Position numbers and translations under genes: made by a program. The notes under the pieces were generated by a model that saw nothing but the letters and a program-made list of their open reading frames with translations, was not told where the DNA came from and made no database searches. This document shows, one piece after another, positions 8,248 through 17,704 of a stretch of 64,000 bases of DNA. Origin of the DNA: an uncultured Chromatiales bacterium (GTDB taxonomy: Bacteria > Pseudomonadota > Gammaproteobacteria > CBFCYW01); contig CBFCYW010000005.1 of NCBI GenBank assembly GCA_965602395.1, positions 5,486-69,485 on the forward strand, given 5' to 3'. Every line of letters starts with the position of its first letter. Within the stretch, counting starts at the first letter, position 1.

Positions 8248-9783
8248 ATGTCGAGATCGCATCCCCGCCCGTACCGCCGCCCGTACCGCCGCCCGCATCC
8301 CCGCCGCTTGCCGGCGCTGCTGGCCGTCGCCTGCTTCGGGCTCGCTTTGGCCGCAGCGATGCCCAGCGCGGCGCGCGCCGCCGATGATGTCCCCGCGGCA
8401 GCGACGCCAGCCGGCGATCAGCGCAGCATCACCATCGCCTTTCGCGGCACGCCGATCGCCGAGGCCTACGAGATGCTCTCGCGCCTGGGGCGGGTCAACA
8501 TCCTGCTCGGCAGCGGTGTGGACGCGCAGGTCACCGCCAATCTGTACGCCGTCTCCGCGGAGGAAGCGGTGGTGATGATCGCCGACGCCGCCGGCTACGC
8601 GGTGGAGCGCCGCGGCGACAGTTATCTGGTGCTGGATCGCGAACAGCTGGGCCTGGATGCGGTCACCGGGCACACCGCGGTGCGCAGTTTCAAGGTGCAG
8701 TACGCCGATCCGGGCAAGGTGGCCGGGGCGCTGGAGAATTACCTGTCGCGCTACGGCGAGATTACCGTGCTGGAGGCGCGCAAGCTGCTGGTGATCTCCG
8801 ACCGCCCGGAGTTTCTGCAGCGCATCGCCCGGGTGCTGGAAAACATCGATGTGCAGCCGCGGCAGATCCTCATCGAGGCGAAGATTCTCGAAGTGATCCT
8901 GCGCGACGATGAGACCTTCGGCGTCGATTGGGCGGCGCGCGGCGGCGATGGCGATCTGGGCACCAGCGGCTTTTCCGACATCGGTGGCACGGGGCTGTTT
9001 CTCAACTACCTGACCGATGATCTGGATCTGTTTCTGAAGGCGCTCAGCGAGAATGGTCGGGTGCGCACCCTGTCCACGCCCAAGCTGCTGGTGCTGGAGG
9101 ATCAGGATGCCGAGGTGGTGATCGGCGACCGCATCGGCTATCGCGTCACCACCACTGCCAATCAGGTCACCACGGAGAGCATCGAGTTCCTCGATTCGGG
9201 GGTGATTCTCAAGGTGCGCGCGGCGGTCGACAACCAGCGCCGGATCATGCTCGATGTGCACCCGGAGGTCAGCACCGGCGTGGTCAGCGATGGCATTCCC
9301 TCGTTGACCACCACCGAGGTCACCACGCAGATGATCGCCGCCGATGGCCAGCCGATCTTTATCGGTGGGCTGATCAAGCGCAGCAGCAGCGAGAGTCGTT
9401 CGGCGGTGCCCGGTCTCGGCGATCTGCCGCTGGTCGGCGGCCTGTTTTCGCGCCGCGAGGACAGCGCGCTGGTCACCGAGACGGTGGTGCTGATCACCCC
9501 GCATCTGGTCGAGCCGGGTGCGGCGCCGCAAATGCGCGATGCACGGCGGCGGGTGGATCGGCTGACTATCGATCTGCCGCCGCTGCTGGTGCCGGAGGAT
9601 ACCGGCAGCGCGCCGCTGCAGCTGGGTGTGCCGCCCGGTGGCGAGGGTGCCGGCATGTCGCGCGGCGCGACGGCTGGCGACACTGCCGCTGCGACCGGGC
9701 TCGCTGCGGCCAGTGCCGCTGGCGATGGCCGGGACGATGGCTTTCCCTGGCCGCTGCTGTTGCTGTTTGCGCTGTTGCTATAG
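8248..9783 (+). CDS. Type IV pilus / MSHA secretin (PilQ/MshL family, GspD superfamily)
   Basis: 511 aa with a signal peptide. Secretin C-domain blocks: VRTLSTPKLLVLEDQDAEVVIGDRIGY, GGLIKRSSSESRSAVPGLGDLPLVGGLF and VVLITPHLV. Confidence 0.8.
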   Translation: MSRSHPRPYRRPYRRPHPRRLPALLAVACFGLALAAAMPSAARAADDVPAAATPAGDQRSITIAFRGTPIAEAYEMLSRLGRVNILLGSGVDAQVTANLYAVSAEEAVVMIADAAGYAVERRGDSYLVLDREQLGLDAVTGHTAVRSFKVQYADPGKVAGALENYLSRYGEITVLEARKLLVISDRPEFLQRIARVLENIDVQPRQILIEAKILEVILRDDETFGVDWAARGGDGDLGTSGFSDIGGTGLFLNYLTDDLDLFLKALSENGRVRTLSTPKLLVLEDQDAEVVIGDRIGYRVTTTANQVTTESIEFLDSGVILKVRAAVDNQRRIMLDVHPEVSTGVVSDGIPSLTTTEVTTQMIAADGQPIFIGGLIKRSSSESRSAVPGLGDLPLVGGLFSRREDSALVTETVVLITPHLVEPGAAPQMRDARRRVDRLTIDLPPLLVPEDTGSAPLQLGVPPGGEGAGMSRGATAGDTAAATGLAAASAAGDGRDDGFPWPLLLLFALLL

Positions 9784-9794
9784 CCGCCGGATGC

Positions 9795-10403
9795 TTATTC
9801 GCCGCTGCGCACGGCGCGCAGATACTTGGCTCGCGAGTGGCGATTGATGTAGTCGAAACCGTTGCCGAAGTCGACGCTCAGGGGCTTTTCATCCTCGCCG
9901 GAGCTGGCCCAATAGACGCTCTCCCAAGTGTGCGGGAAGTAGGTCTGATCGATCTTGGGAATCTCGTTACCGTCCTGGAGCAGGGTTTTCAGCTCGATGC
10001 GCGTCGGCCCCCGCCAGTCGTCGAAGCCGCACAATTTGTCTTTGTTCAGCTGGTTGATGTAAGTGGCGGTGTCGCAGTCGATGTCGCCGGTGCAGCTGCC
10101 GCCGTCCTGCTCGTTGTAGCGTTCGCGATTGGCGCTCTGCAGCGCCCGCCAGGAATAGGTGTTGTTGACATCGCGCAGGCTGCTGTCGTTGGCTTTGTTT
10201 TCCCACACCAGATCGCTGCCGGCATCCACCACACAGGCCCAGTTGCGCGCACTTTCCGACACTCGCTGGCCGGCGTCGTCGAGCTTGCTGTAGGGCCCTG
10301 CGGCCTGCGCCGACAGGGTGATGCCGAGTAGCAGGCCGGACAGCAGGGTGCGGCTGAGCAGGGGCGGACGTGGGTGCCGATGGGGTTCGTGGCTTGCGAT
10401 CAT
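9795..10403 (-). CDS. Secreted DUF1566-like protein (Lcl C-terminal domain family)
   Basis: 202 aa with a signal peptide. Motifs typical of DUF1566: GQRVSESARNWACVVDAGSDLVWENK, CGFDDWRGPTRIELKTLL and YWASSGEDE...LRAVRSG. Confidence 0.5.
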   Translation of the reverse strand: MIASHEPHRHPRPPLLSRTLLSGLLLGITLSAQAAGPYSKLDDAGQRVSESARNWACVVDAGSDLVWENKANDSSLRDVNNTYSWRALQSANRERYNEQDGGSCTGDIDCDTATYINQLNKDKLCGFDDWRGPTRIELKTLLQDGNEIPKIDQTYFPHTWESVYWASSGEDEKPLSVDFGNGFDYINRHSRAKYLRAVRSGE

Positions 10404-10632
10404 GGTGCTGATACCGATGTGGTCTGGCTGAGTGAGCCGGCCGCCTGAGGCGCCGTTGTGCCGATGTCTCGCTTGGCTTCCGGGCGCGCCGGCCGCAGGT
10501 GCTGCGAGAGCGCGCTGTGGTGCAGCCTCTGCGAAGGTAATAGACTGCCGGCCCCCGTCGCAACGCCGCCGACGTGGAACTGAGCACCAGTCCCCGTCAG
10601 CGGCTTGGCGGTAGTGTCAGCGAGGCCGGAGC

Positions 10633-11145
10633 ATGAGTAGCAGTGCACAGATTCGCGACGCCGTCGCCGCGGATCTCGAATTCGTCCATCGTCTCAACGC
10701 CGCCGAGGTGCCGCGCGTCGGCGATGAGGTGCTGGTGTTTTTCGAGCACTGGCTGTCGCGCGCCTGGTCGCTGCGCATCGCCGAGCTGGACGGCCGCGCG
10801 GCGGGTTTCATGCTCGCCATGCGCGAGGACGCCGACTACGACAGCCGCAATTTTCTCTGGTTTCGCGAGCGCTTCGCCGAATTCGCCTACGTCGATCGCA
10901 TCGCCGTGGCCGATTGGGCGCGGCGCCGCGGCGCCGGCGCCGCGCTGTATCGGGATCTGGCGGAGCGGGCGCGCGCCGCGGGCCTGCCGCTGATCACCTG
11001 CGAGGTGAACACGCGGCCGCGCAATCAGCAGTCGCTGGATTTTCACGCCCGGCTCGGCTTCGGCCCGGTGGGCAGTCTGGAGCACGACGGCGGCGCCAAA
11101 GCGGTGAGCATGCTGGCACTGCCGCTGGCGGCACCCGGCGACTAG
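10633..11145 (+). CDS. GNAT family N-acetyltransferase
   Basis: 170 aa. Acetyl-CoA binding motif region RRGAGAALYRDLAERARAAG (the Q/RxxGxG/A pattern). Confidence 0.7.
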   Translation: MSSSAQIRDAVAADLEFVHRLNAAEVPRVGDEVLVFFEHWLSRAWSLRIAELDGRAAGFMLAMREDADYDSRNFLWFRERFAEFAYVDRIAVADWARRRGAGAALYRDLAERARAAGLPLITCEVNTRPRNQQSLDFHARLGFGPVGSLEHDGGAKAVSMLALPLAAPGD

Positions 11146-11183
11146 TCGCCCGGGTCGCGGCTTTGACGGGGCTGCGGTGGGCG

Positions 11184-12140
11184 CTAGTAGTGCGGGTGGT
11201 TGGCGGCGAAGTCCAGCTGGCCGCGGGCGCGCAGCTCCAGCGGCAGTAGCGCGGCGTGGCAGAAGGCCGCCACCGGCGTCGGCACGCCGACCTCGCGACC
11301 GAGCCGGATCAGCGCGCCGCACAGCGCGTCCAGCTCGGATGGTCGCTGTTGCTGGAAGTCGCGCTGCAGCGAGTTGGTGGCCGCCGCCGGCAATCCGTCG
11401 AGTACCGCCAGTTTGCGTTCGACCACTTCGCTGTCCAGGGCGATGCCGCGGGCTCGGCCGACATCGGCCACTTCGTGCATGCCGGCGGCGATCAGCGCGC
11501 GGCTCTCGGCCACCGAGCGCAGTGCGCCGAGCGGCGCGCGGGCCAGTGAGGCGGGGCCGCCCCAGCCGACGATGGCGACGAATTTCTCCCACAGTGCGAC
11601 GTGGATGTCGGCGGGTATCGTGCAGTTGATGCCGGCATCGATCAGCACATTGCGCAGTGCCGCGAGCCGCTCGCTGCGGCGGTTGTCCAGCTCGCCGATG
11701 AGGATTTCGCCGCGCAGCCCGAAGTGATTGATCACGCCCGGCTGGGGCCGCTCGCTGAGCAGTCGCGCCAGGCCGGCGACCAGGTGGCGCTCGCCCAGTC
11801 GCGCGGCCAGCGTGGGCACCGCGTCGACGCCGTTCTGCAGCGGTATCACCAGGGTGTGCGGACCGATCATCGGCCCGAGGTGCCGGGCGGCGTCGTCCAG
11901 CTGCCAGGTCTTGACCGCCATGAAGATCGCGTCGCAGCGGCCGGCGTCGGCGGGCGAGTCGCTGGCGGTGACGCTATCGAGGTGGAAGTTTCCCTCCAGA
12001 CTGAGCACGCGCAGGCCGGATTCGCGCATCACCCGCAGGTGTTCGCCGCGTTCGATAAAAAACACGTCCACACCCGCTCGCGCCAGTCTGGCGCCCAGAT
12101 AGCCACCGATTCCCCCGGCGCCGAAGATGCCGATGCGCAT
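11184..12140 (-). CDS. panE: 2-dehydropantoate 2-reductase (ketopantoate reductase)
   Basis: MRIGIFGAGGIGGYLGARL Rossmann NAD(P)-binding motif. ApbA/PanE C-terminal domain. ATG at 12140 chosen over the longer TTG/ATG extension. Confidence 0.75.
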   Translation of the reverse strand: MRIGIFGAGGIGGYLGARLARAGVDVFFIERGEHLRVMRESGLRVLSLEGNFHLDSVTASDSPADAGRCDAIFMAVKTWQLDDAARHLGPMIGPHTLVIPLQNGVDAVPTLAARLGERHLVAGLARLLSERPQPGVINHFGLRGEILIGELDNRRSERLAALRNVLIDAGINCTIPADIHVALWEKFVAIVGWGGPASLARAPLGALRSVAESRALIAAGMHEVADVGRARGIALDSEVVERKLAVLDGLPAAATNSLQRDFQQQRPSELDALCGALIRLGREVGVPTPVAAFCHAALLPLELRARGQLDFAANHPHY

Positions 12141-12249
12141 GTCGCTGCGCTCCATCTTTGCGTTGCCCTGTGGACTGGAAAGTCTATCAGTCGCGGTTGC
12201 GCCGACTTGCGGCGCCAGTCGCAACAGTGCCGCTGCGAGCCGGTCGGCT

Positions 12250-12894
12250 TCAGTCTCCGGGGATGTACTCGCCCACCTGGCGGTAGGTGGCCTCGACGAA
12301 AAAGCCCAGCCAGCTGGCGATGCCGAGCAGCTTGGCGCCGTCTTCGAGCAGGTAGGGCAGGGTGTCTTCGGGGCCGGGGACGAAGATCCAGTCGACCAGC
12401 AGCGAAACCGAGAACAGCGCCACCGCGGTGATCAGCAGCACGATGCGGCTGGCGAGTATCTGCTCGCGGCAGTGCATCAGCCACAGCCCGCCGCAGATGG
12501 CGTAGAAGGCCAGCACCAGCGCTTCGGGCACGCCCAGCCACTGTGGGTACAGCTGTTGGTGGAGGAGGAACAGGTCGTCGAGCATCAGCAGCGCGGTGAG
12601 TGCCGCGCCACCGATCAGAAAGTGTCGCTCGGCGGCCGGCGCGCGTGCGCCGCGCAACAGCATTACGCCGAGCAGGCTGCAGCTCAGCGCCGCGCACCAG
12701 GCGAGCACGCCGACGTTGGAGACCAGCCCGAGCAGCGGGTGGGCGCCGGTACTGCTTGCCGGGTCGCGCAGGTAGTCGGCCACCGGCTGGCCGGAGCGCT
12801 GGCTGACGGCGGCCACCGCCAGCAGCAGCAGCAGCGGGGGCAGGTAGAGAAAGATCAGAGCGGTGGCGGTGCCGCCGCGGCTGGCCTGGCGCAT
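12250..12894 (-). CDS. Integral membrane protein of unknown function
   Basis: About 214 aa with 5-6 predicted TM helices and high GC3. No recognisable family. Confidence 0.4.
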   Translation of the reverse strand: MRQASRGGTATALIFLYLPPLLLLLAVAAVSQRSGQPVADYLRDPASSTGAHPLLGLVSNVGVLAWCAALSCSLLGVMLLRGARAPAAERHFLIGGAALTALLMLDDLFLLHQQLYPQWLGVPEALVLAFYAICGGLWLMHCREQILASRIVLLITAVALFSVSLLVDWIFVPGPEDTLPYLLEDGAKLLGIASWLGFFVEATYRQVGEYIPGD

Positions 12895-13056
12895 GGAGCG
12901 GTGCCTCGGAGCGATAATCTGGCGGCATGATAGCCGGGCGGAAGGCGAAAAATGTGACCAGATAGACAAAGGTTCGGCGTTTTTTACGCCAGCGCTGTCT
13001 GCGGCAGCCGGCAGACCGGCCGCAGTTCGGCCGCCAGCCGGCGAGCGCCGGGCTGG

Positions 13057-13629
13057 CTAGAGCGGCTGAAAATCCGTGCTGCTGATCTGCTGGTCGTCAT
13101 CGGCGACCTGCGGGTCGCTGATCCAGTCGATGCTGATCTGTGCCGGAAAGGCGTGTTTGCCGTCGTAGGTGATCGCGCTGTGGGCGGCCTCGCGCAGCGC
13201 CTGCTCGGCCAGCGCGAACAGCGCATCGACACTGTAGAACTCGTCGAGTCGATCGTCCGGCCAGGCGACGCCGTCGTATTCGGCGGCGATCACCGCGCCG
13301 TCGGCCACGCTGACCCGCCAGGCGGCCTGATAGGCGACGCCGCCGGCGCCCGGCGGGCACTCGCCACAGTCGCGGCTCTGGCGGAGCTGGTAGCTGCGGA
13401 TATCCTGTGCCGCCCAGCGCTGGCGCTCGCGGCGCAGGTGCGTCAGCGCGGGCGAGTCGGCATTGGTCGCGCCATCGCCGCCGCAGCCGTTGAGGCTGCC
13501 GATCACGGCGCCGAGCAGGCCGAGAGCGACCGCCAGAGCGGCGCTGGGAGCGGCGCTGGGAGCGGCGCTGGAGGTGGCTCGCCGCCGGTGCGGCCGGTGC
13601 AGTCGCGGATTGCTGGTGTGGGGCTTCAT
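13057..13629 (-). CDS. Lipoprotein of unknown function
   Basis: 190 aa. Signal peptide with lipobox LNGC. The AAPSAAPSAA segment is encoded by a 12-nt tandem repeat at about 13548-13583. Confidence 0.45.
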   Translation of the reverse strand: MKPHTSNPRLHRPHRRRATSSAAPSAAPSAALAVALGLLGAVIGSLNGCGGDGATNADSPALTHLRRERQRWAAQDIRSYQLRQSRDCGECPPGAGGVAYQAAWRVSVADGAVIAAEYDGVAWPDDRLDEFYSVDALFALAEQALREAAHSAITYDGKHAFPAQISIDWISDPQVADDDQQISSTDFQPL

Positions 13630-13793
13630 TGCCCGCCGACAGTAGGTCTCGCCCGGTGGGGCGTCAAGTGTGCGCAGCGCAGCGCGGGCGGGCCTCGTCG
13701 CGGGGTTTGCGACGGCGTGCCACAGCGGTCGATAATGGCTGCCGACCTGTCCTGCTCGCGCCGCTCGCGCGGCCTCGCCACACGGAGAGTCCC

Positions 13794-15188
13794 ATGCCCA
13801 ATGCCCCGGCCGACGAATCCCGCGAATCCCTGATCGCCGAATTGCGCGAGCTGCTCGGCGAGCGCTGCAGCACCGCCGCCGCGGTCTGCGAGCAGCACGG
13901 CCACGATGAGGGCTGGCACCCCACTGCGGCGCCGGATGCGGTCTGCTTCGCCGAGAGCACCGAGGAGGTCGCCGCCATCGTGCGCCGCTGCGCCGCGGCC
14001 GGCGCGCCGGTGATCCCCTTCGGCGCCGGCACCAGCCTGGAGGGCCACGTCAATGCCATCCACGGCGGCGTGTGCATCGATCTGTCGCGGATGGACCGGA
14101 TTCTGGAGGTCAACGCCGCGGATCTGGACTGCCGCGTGCAGGCCGGGGTGACGCGCAAGCAACTCAACGCCTATCTGCGCGACAGCGGCCTGTTCTTCCC
14201 CATCGATCCGGGCGCCGATGCCAGCATCGGCGGGATGGCGGCGACGCGCGCCTCCGGCACCAACGCGGTGCGCTACGGCACCATGCGCGAAAACGTCATG
14301 TCGCTGACCGTGGTGCTGGCCAGCGGCGAGGTGATCCGCACCGGCACGCGGGCGCGCAAATCCTCCGCCGGCTACGATCTGACCCGGCTGCTGGTCGGCA
14401 GCGAGGGCAGCCTCGGCGTGATCACCGAAATCGGCTTGAAACTGCACGGCGTGCCCGAGGCGATCTCCAGCGCGGTGGTGGATTTCCCCAGCGTCGCGGC
14501 GGCGGTGGACACGGTGATCGAAACCATCCAGATGGGCATACCGATCGCCCGCATCGAGCTGCTCGACGCCAGCGCGATGGCCGCCATCAACGCCTACAGC
14601 AAGACCGACTACCCCGAGCGCGACACCCTGTTCCTGGAATTTCACGGCAGCCAGCGCGGCGTCGCCGAGCAGGTCGAGATGGTCGGCGAGCTGGCCGATG
14701 AGCACGGCGCGGGCAGTTTTCGCTGGGCGACCCGCGAGGAGGATCGCAGCCGCCAGTGGGCGGCGCGGCACAGCGCCTATCACGCCGCGCTGGCGCAGCA
14801 CCCGGGCAGCCGCGGCATGTCCACCGACGCCTGCGTGCCGATCAGCCGGCTCGCCGAATGCATCGAGACGATGCGCGCGGCACTGGCCGACAGCCCGCTG
14901 GATTCGGTCATTCTCGGCCACGTCGGCGACGGCAACTTCCACATGCTGTTCTGCACCGAGCCGGGCAACGCCGCGCAGCAGGCCGAAATGCTGCGCCTCA
15001 ACGAGCTGCTGATCGACACCAGCCTGCGCCTCGGCGGCACCTGCACCGGCGAGCACGGCATCGGCACCGGCAAGCTCAAATACCTGCGCCGCGAGCACGG
15101 CGACGGCGCGGTCGAGGCGATGCGCGCCATCAAGGCAGCGCTCGACCCGCACAATCTGATGAATCCGGGCAAGACGGTGGCCTGCTGA
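13794..15188 (+). CDS. FAD-linked oxidase, D-lactate dehydrogenase (cytochrome) / GlcD-like
   Basis: 464 aa. FAD-binding PCMH domain (VIPFGAGTSLEGH) and FAD-oxidase C-terminal domain (HVGDGNFHMLF, GTCTGEHGIGTGK). Confidence 0.8.
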   Translation: MPNAPADESRESLIAELRELLGERCSTAAAVCEQHGHDEGWHPTAAPDAVCFAESTEEVAAIVRRCAAAGAPVIPFGAGTSLEGHVNAIHGGVCIDLSRMDRILEVNAADLDCRVQAGVTRKQLNAYLRDSGLFFPIDPGADASIGGMAATRASGTNAVRYGTMRENVMSLTVVLASGEVIRTGTRARKSSAGYDLTRLLVGSEGSLGVITEIGLKLHGVPEAISSAVVDFPSVAAAVDTVIETIQMGIPIARIELLDASAMAAINAYSKTDYPERDTLFLEFHGSQRGVAEQVEMVGELADEHGAGSFRWATREEDRSRQWAARHSAYHAALAQHPGSRGMSTDACVPISRLAECIETMRAALADSPLDSVILGHVGDGNFHMLFCTEPGNAAQQAEMLRLNELLIDTSLRLGGTCTGEHGIGTGKLKYLRREHGDGAVEAMRAIKAALDPHNLMNPGKTVAC

Positions 15189-15197
15189 GCGGCGCTG

Positions 15198-16682
15198 GTG
15201 AGCACCCGCCCGAGCGCTGGCGACAACCCGCGCGCCGGCCTGTTTGCGCGCCGCGTCGATCAGTGCATGGACCCGCCCTGGCCGCGTCTCGGCCCCGGCG
15301 ATCCGGTGGCCAGCGCGGCGCGGCTGCTGCGCGAGCGCGGCCGGCCGGCGCTGCTGGTGTGCGCCGGGGAGCGCCTGCTGGGCGTGCTCACCGAGGGCGA
15401 CATCAGCCGTCGGGCGGCTTTTCGCGTGGCTGCGGACACGCCGCTGTCGCAGCTGATGAGCAGCCCGGTGGCCAGCCTGCGCAGCGACGACTACCTGTTT
15501 CAGGCGATCGCCCGCCTGCGCCGCCAGCAGTTGCAGCGCATGCCGGTGCTGGATGCCGCCGGCAGCGTGGTCGGCGGGCTCGATCTGGCCGTGGCGCTGG
15601 CCGCCGCGCAGCCCGCCGAACTGGCACTGATCGAACGCCTCGGCGATGACGACAGCCTCAGCGGGCTGGCGCGGATGCGCGCGGCGCAGCCGGAGCTGGT
15701 GGTCAGACTGCTCGCCGAGGGCGTCCCGGCGGGTGACATCCAATCGCTGCTCAGCCATTTGCACATCGATCTGCACCGCCGCGTGGTCGAGCGCCAGCTG
15801 GCGGCGATGGCGGCCCAGGGTTGGGGCGCGCCGCCGCTGGATTTCGAGGTGCTGGTGATGGGCGCGGTGGGGCGCGATGAGTGCGCGCTGGCGCCGGATC
15901 AGGACAACGGCCTGCTGCTCGCCGACTACCCGGACGCGCGCCACGCCGCGATCGATGCCTGGTTCGCCGAGCTGGCGACGCGGCTGTGCGATGACCTGCA
16001 CGCGCTCGGCGTGCCACGCTGCCGCGGCCACGTCATGGCCAGCAACCCGCTGTGGCGCAAGTCGCTGTCGCAGTGGCGCGCCCAGCTCGACGGCTGGCTG
16101 CGGCGGCCGAGCCCGGTGCACTTGCGGCTGGCGGATATCTTCTTCGATTTTGCCCCGGCCTGCGGCGATGGCGCGCTGAGCGCCGCGCTGCGCAGTTCGG
16201 CCAGCGCACGGGCGCGCGGTGCGCATCGCTTTGTGCAGGAGATGCTCGTCCTGCAGGATGGACTCGGCGTGGCGCTGGGCGGTTTTCGCCGCCATCTGGC
16301 CAGCGAGCGCAGTGGCGTCCACCGCGGTCAGATCAACCTCAAATACCACGGCCTGCTGCCGTTGGTGGCGGCGCTGCGCCTGCTGGCGCTGCGCAATGGC
16401 GTCGAGGCCAGCGGCAGCCGCGGGCGGCTCGCCGCGCTGCGCGATGCCGGCCAGCTGGAGGCGGGCGAATACGAGGCGCTGAGCGCGGCCCGCGAGTGCC
16501 TGACCGGTCTGCAGCTGCGCCGCCAGGTGACCGAGTTGCACGCTGGTCGCGCCGCCGACAACTGGCTGCCGCTGGGGCAGCTGTCGCGCGGCGAGCGCGA
16601 TCGCCTGCGCGCTGCGCTGCGCGATATCGATGATTTTCAGCGGCGGGTGCGCGGGCTGATCAGCGGCGACGTGTTTGCCTGA
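15198..16682 (+). CDS. CBS-domain protein with DUF294 putative nucleotidyltransferase domains
   Basis: 494 aa. N-terminal CBS pair, a central nucleotidyltransferase-like block (FEVLVMGAVGRDECALAPDQDNGLLLAD), and a DUF294 C-terminal region. Confidence 0.7.
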   Translation: MSTRPSAGDNPRAGLFARRVDQCMDPPWPRLGPGDPVASAARLLRERGRPALLVCAGERLLGVLTEGDISRRAAFRVAADTPLSQLMSSPVASLRSDDYLFQAIARLRRQQLQRMPVLDAAGSVVGGLDLAVALAAAQPAELALIERLGDDDSLSGLARMRAAQPELVVRLLAEGVPAGDIQSLLSHLHIDLHRRVVERQLAAMAAQGWGAPPLDFEVLVMGAVGRDECALAPDQDNGLLLADYPDARHAAIDAWFAELATRLCDDLHALGVPRCRGHVMASNPLWRKSLSQWRAQLDGWLRRPSPVHLRLADIFFDFAPACGDGALSAALRSSASARARGAHRFVQEMLVLQDGLGVALGGFRRHLASERSGVHRGQINLKYHGLLPLVAALRLLALRNGVEASGSRGRLAALRDAGQLEAGEYEALSAARECLTGLQLRRQVTELHAGRAADNWLPLGQLSRGERDRLRAALRDIDDFQRRVRGLISGDVFA

Positions 16683-16701
16683 GCCGCGGCGCCCGCGGCG
16701 G

Positions 16702-16720
16702 TGACAACCGCTGGTTGTCA
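16702..16720. promoter_or_regulatory. Perfect 8-3-8 inverted repeat TGACAACC-gct-GGTTGTCA between the CBS-DUF294 gene and the Prx-Grx gene
   Basis: Read directly from the sequence. Candidate operator or weak terminator stem; an adjacent GCCGCGG-cgc-CCGCGGC palindrome lies at 16683-16699. Confidence 0.35.
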
Positions 16721-16833
16721 GTGAGAGAAAAATCTTCTATTTCCACTTCTTCTGCGGCGCATCCACACTCTCTGCCGTCGCCGCCACACACCGGCTGTGG
16801 CGAAAACATTCAAACCGATCAGGAGAGACAAGC

Positions 16834-17583
16834 ATGCTGCAGAATCGCGAGGGCCAGCGCGTCCCCAACGTCACTTTCCGCACCCGCCGTGAGCACGAGT
16901 GGGTCGATGTCAGCAGCGAAGAGCTGTTCGCCGGTAAAACGGTGGTGGTGTTTTCGCTGCCGGGCGCTTTCACGCCGACCTGTTCCTCGGCGCATGTGCC
17001 GCGCTACAACGATCTGGCCGATGCCTTCAAGGCCAACGGCGTCGATGAGATCGTCTGCATGTCGGTCAACGACGGCTTTGTGATGAGCGAGTGGCAGATC
17101 GAGCAGCGCGCCGACAAGCTGACCTTCATCCCGGATGGCAACGGCGAGTTCACCGCCGGCATGGGGCTGCTGGTGGACAAGGACGATCTGGGTTTCGGCA
17201 AGCGCAGCTGGCGCTACTCGATGCTGGTCAAAGACGGCGTGATCGAAAAGCAGTTCATCGAACCCGAGGTGCCGGGCGACCCCTACGAGGTCTCCGATGC
17301 CGACACCATGCTCGATTACATCAACCCGAATGCCGAAAAGCCGCACGATGTGCTGATCATGACCAAGAAGGGCTGCCCCTTCTGCGTGCGCGCCAAGGGC
17401 ATGCTGCGCGAGCACGGCTACCCGTATCAGGAGCTGCTGCTCGGCCGCGATGTGAGCCTCGCCGCGGTGCGCGCCGCCAGCGGCGCGGATACGGTGCCGC
17501 AGGTGTTCATCGATGGTCGCTTGATCGGCGATTCGGAAGCACTGGCGGAGCATCTCGGCGCAGCGACCGAAAGCGCCGCCTGA
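16834..17583 (+). CDS. Hybrid peroxiredoxin (Prx5-type) fused to glutaredoxin (PGdx / hyPrx5)
   Basis: 249 aa. Peroxidatic Cys in FTPTCS. C-terminal glutaredoxin with a CPFC active site. Confidence 0.85.
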   Translation: MLQNREGQRVPNVTFRTRREHEWVDVSSEELFAGKTVVVFSLPGAFTPTCSSAHVPRYNDLADAFKANGVDEIVCMSVNDGFVMSEWQIEQRADKLTFIPDGNGEFTAGMGLLVDKDDLGFGKRSWRYSMLVKDGVIEKQFIEPEVPGDPYEVSDADTMLDYINPNAEKPHDVLIMTKKGCPFCVRAKGMLREHGYPYQELLLGRDVSLAAVRAASGADTVPQVFIDGRLIGDSEALAEHLGAATESAA

Positions 17584-17704
17584 GCCGGGCCGGATCGGCT
17601 GCATCGGAGCCGACCGCCGGCGTGGCGGTGGAACCAAAAAAGGGGCCGCGATGGCCCCTTTTTTCTGTGCCGCGGACACCGCCCGCGGCATCCCGACCAC
17701 TGGC

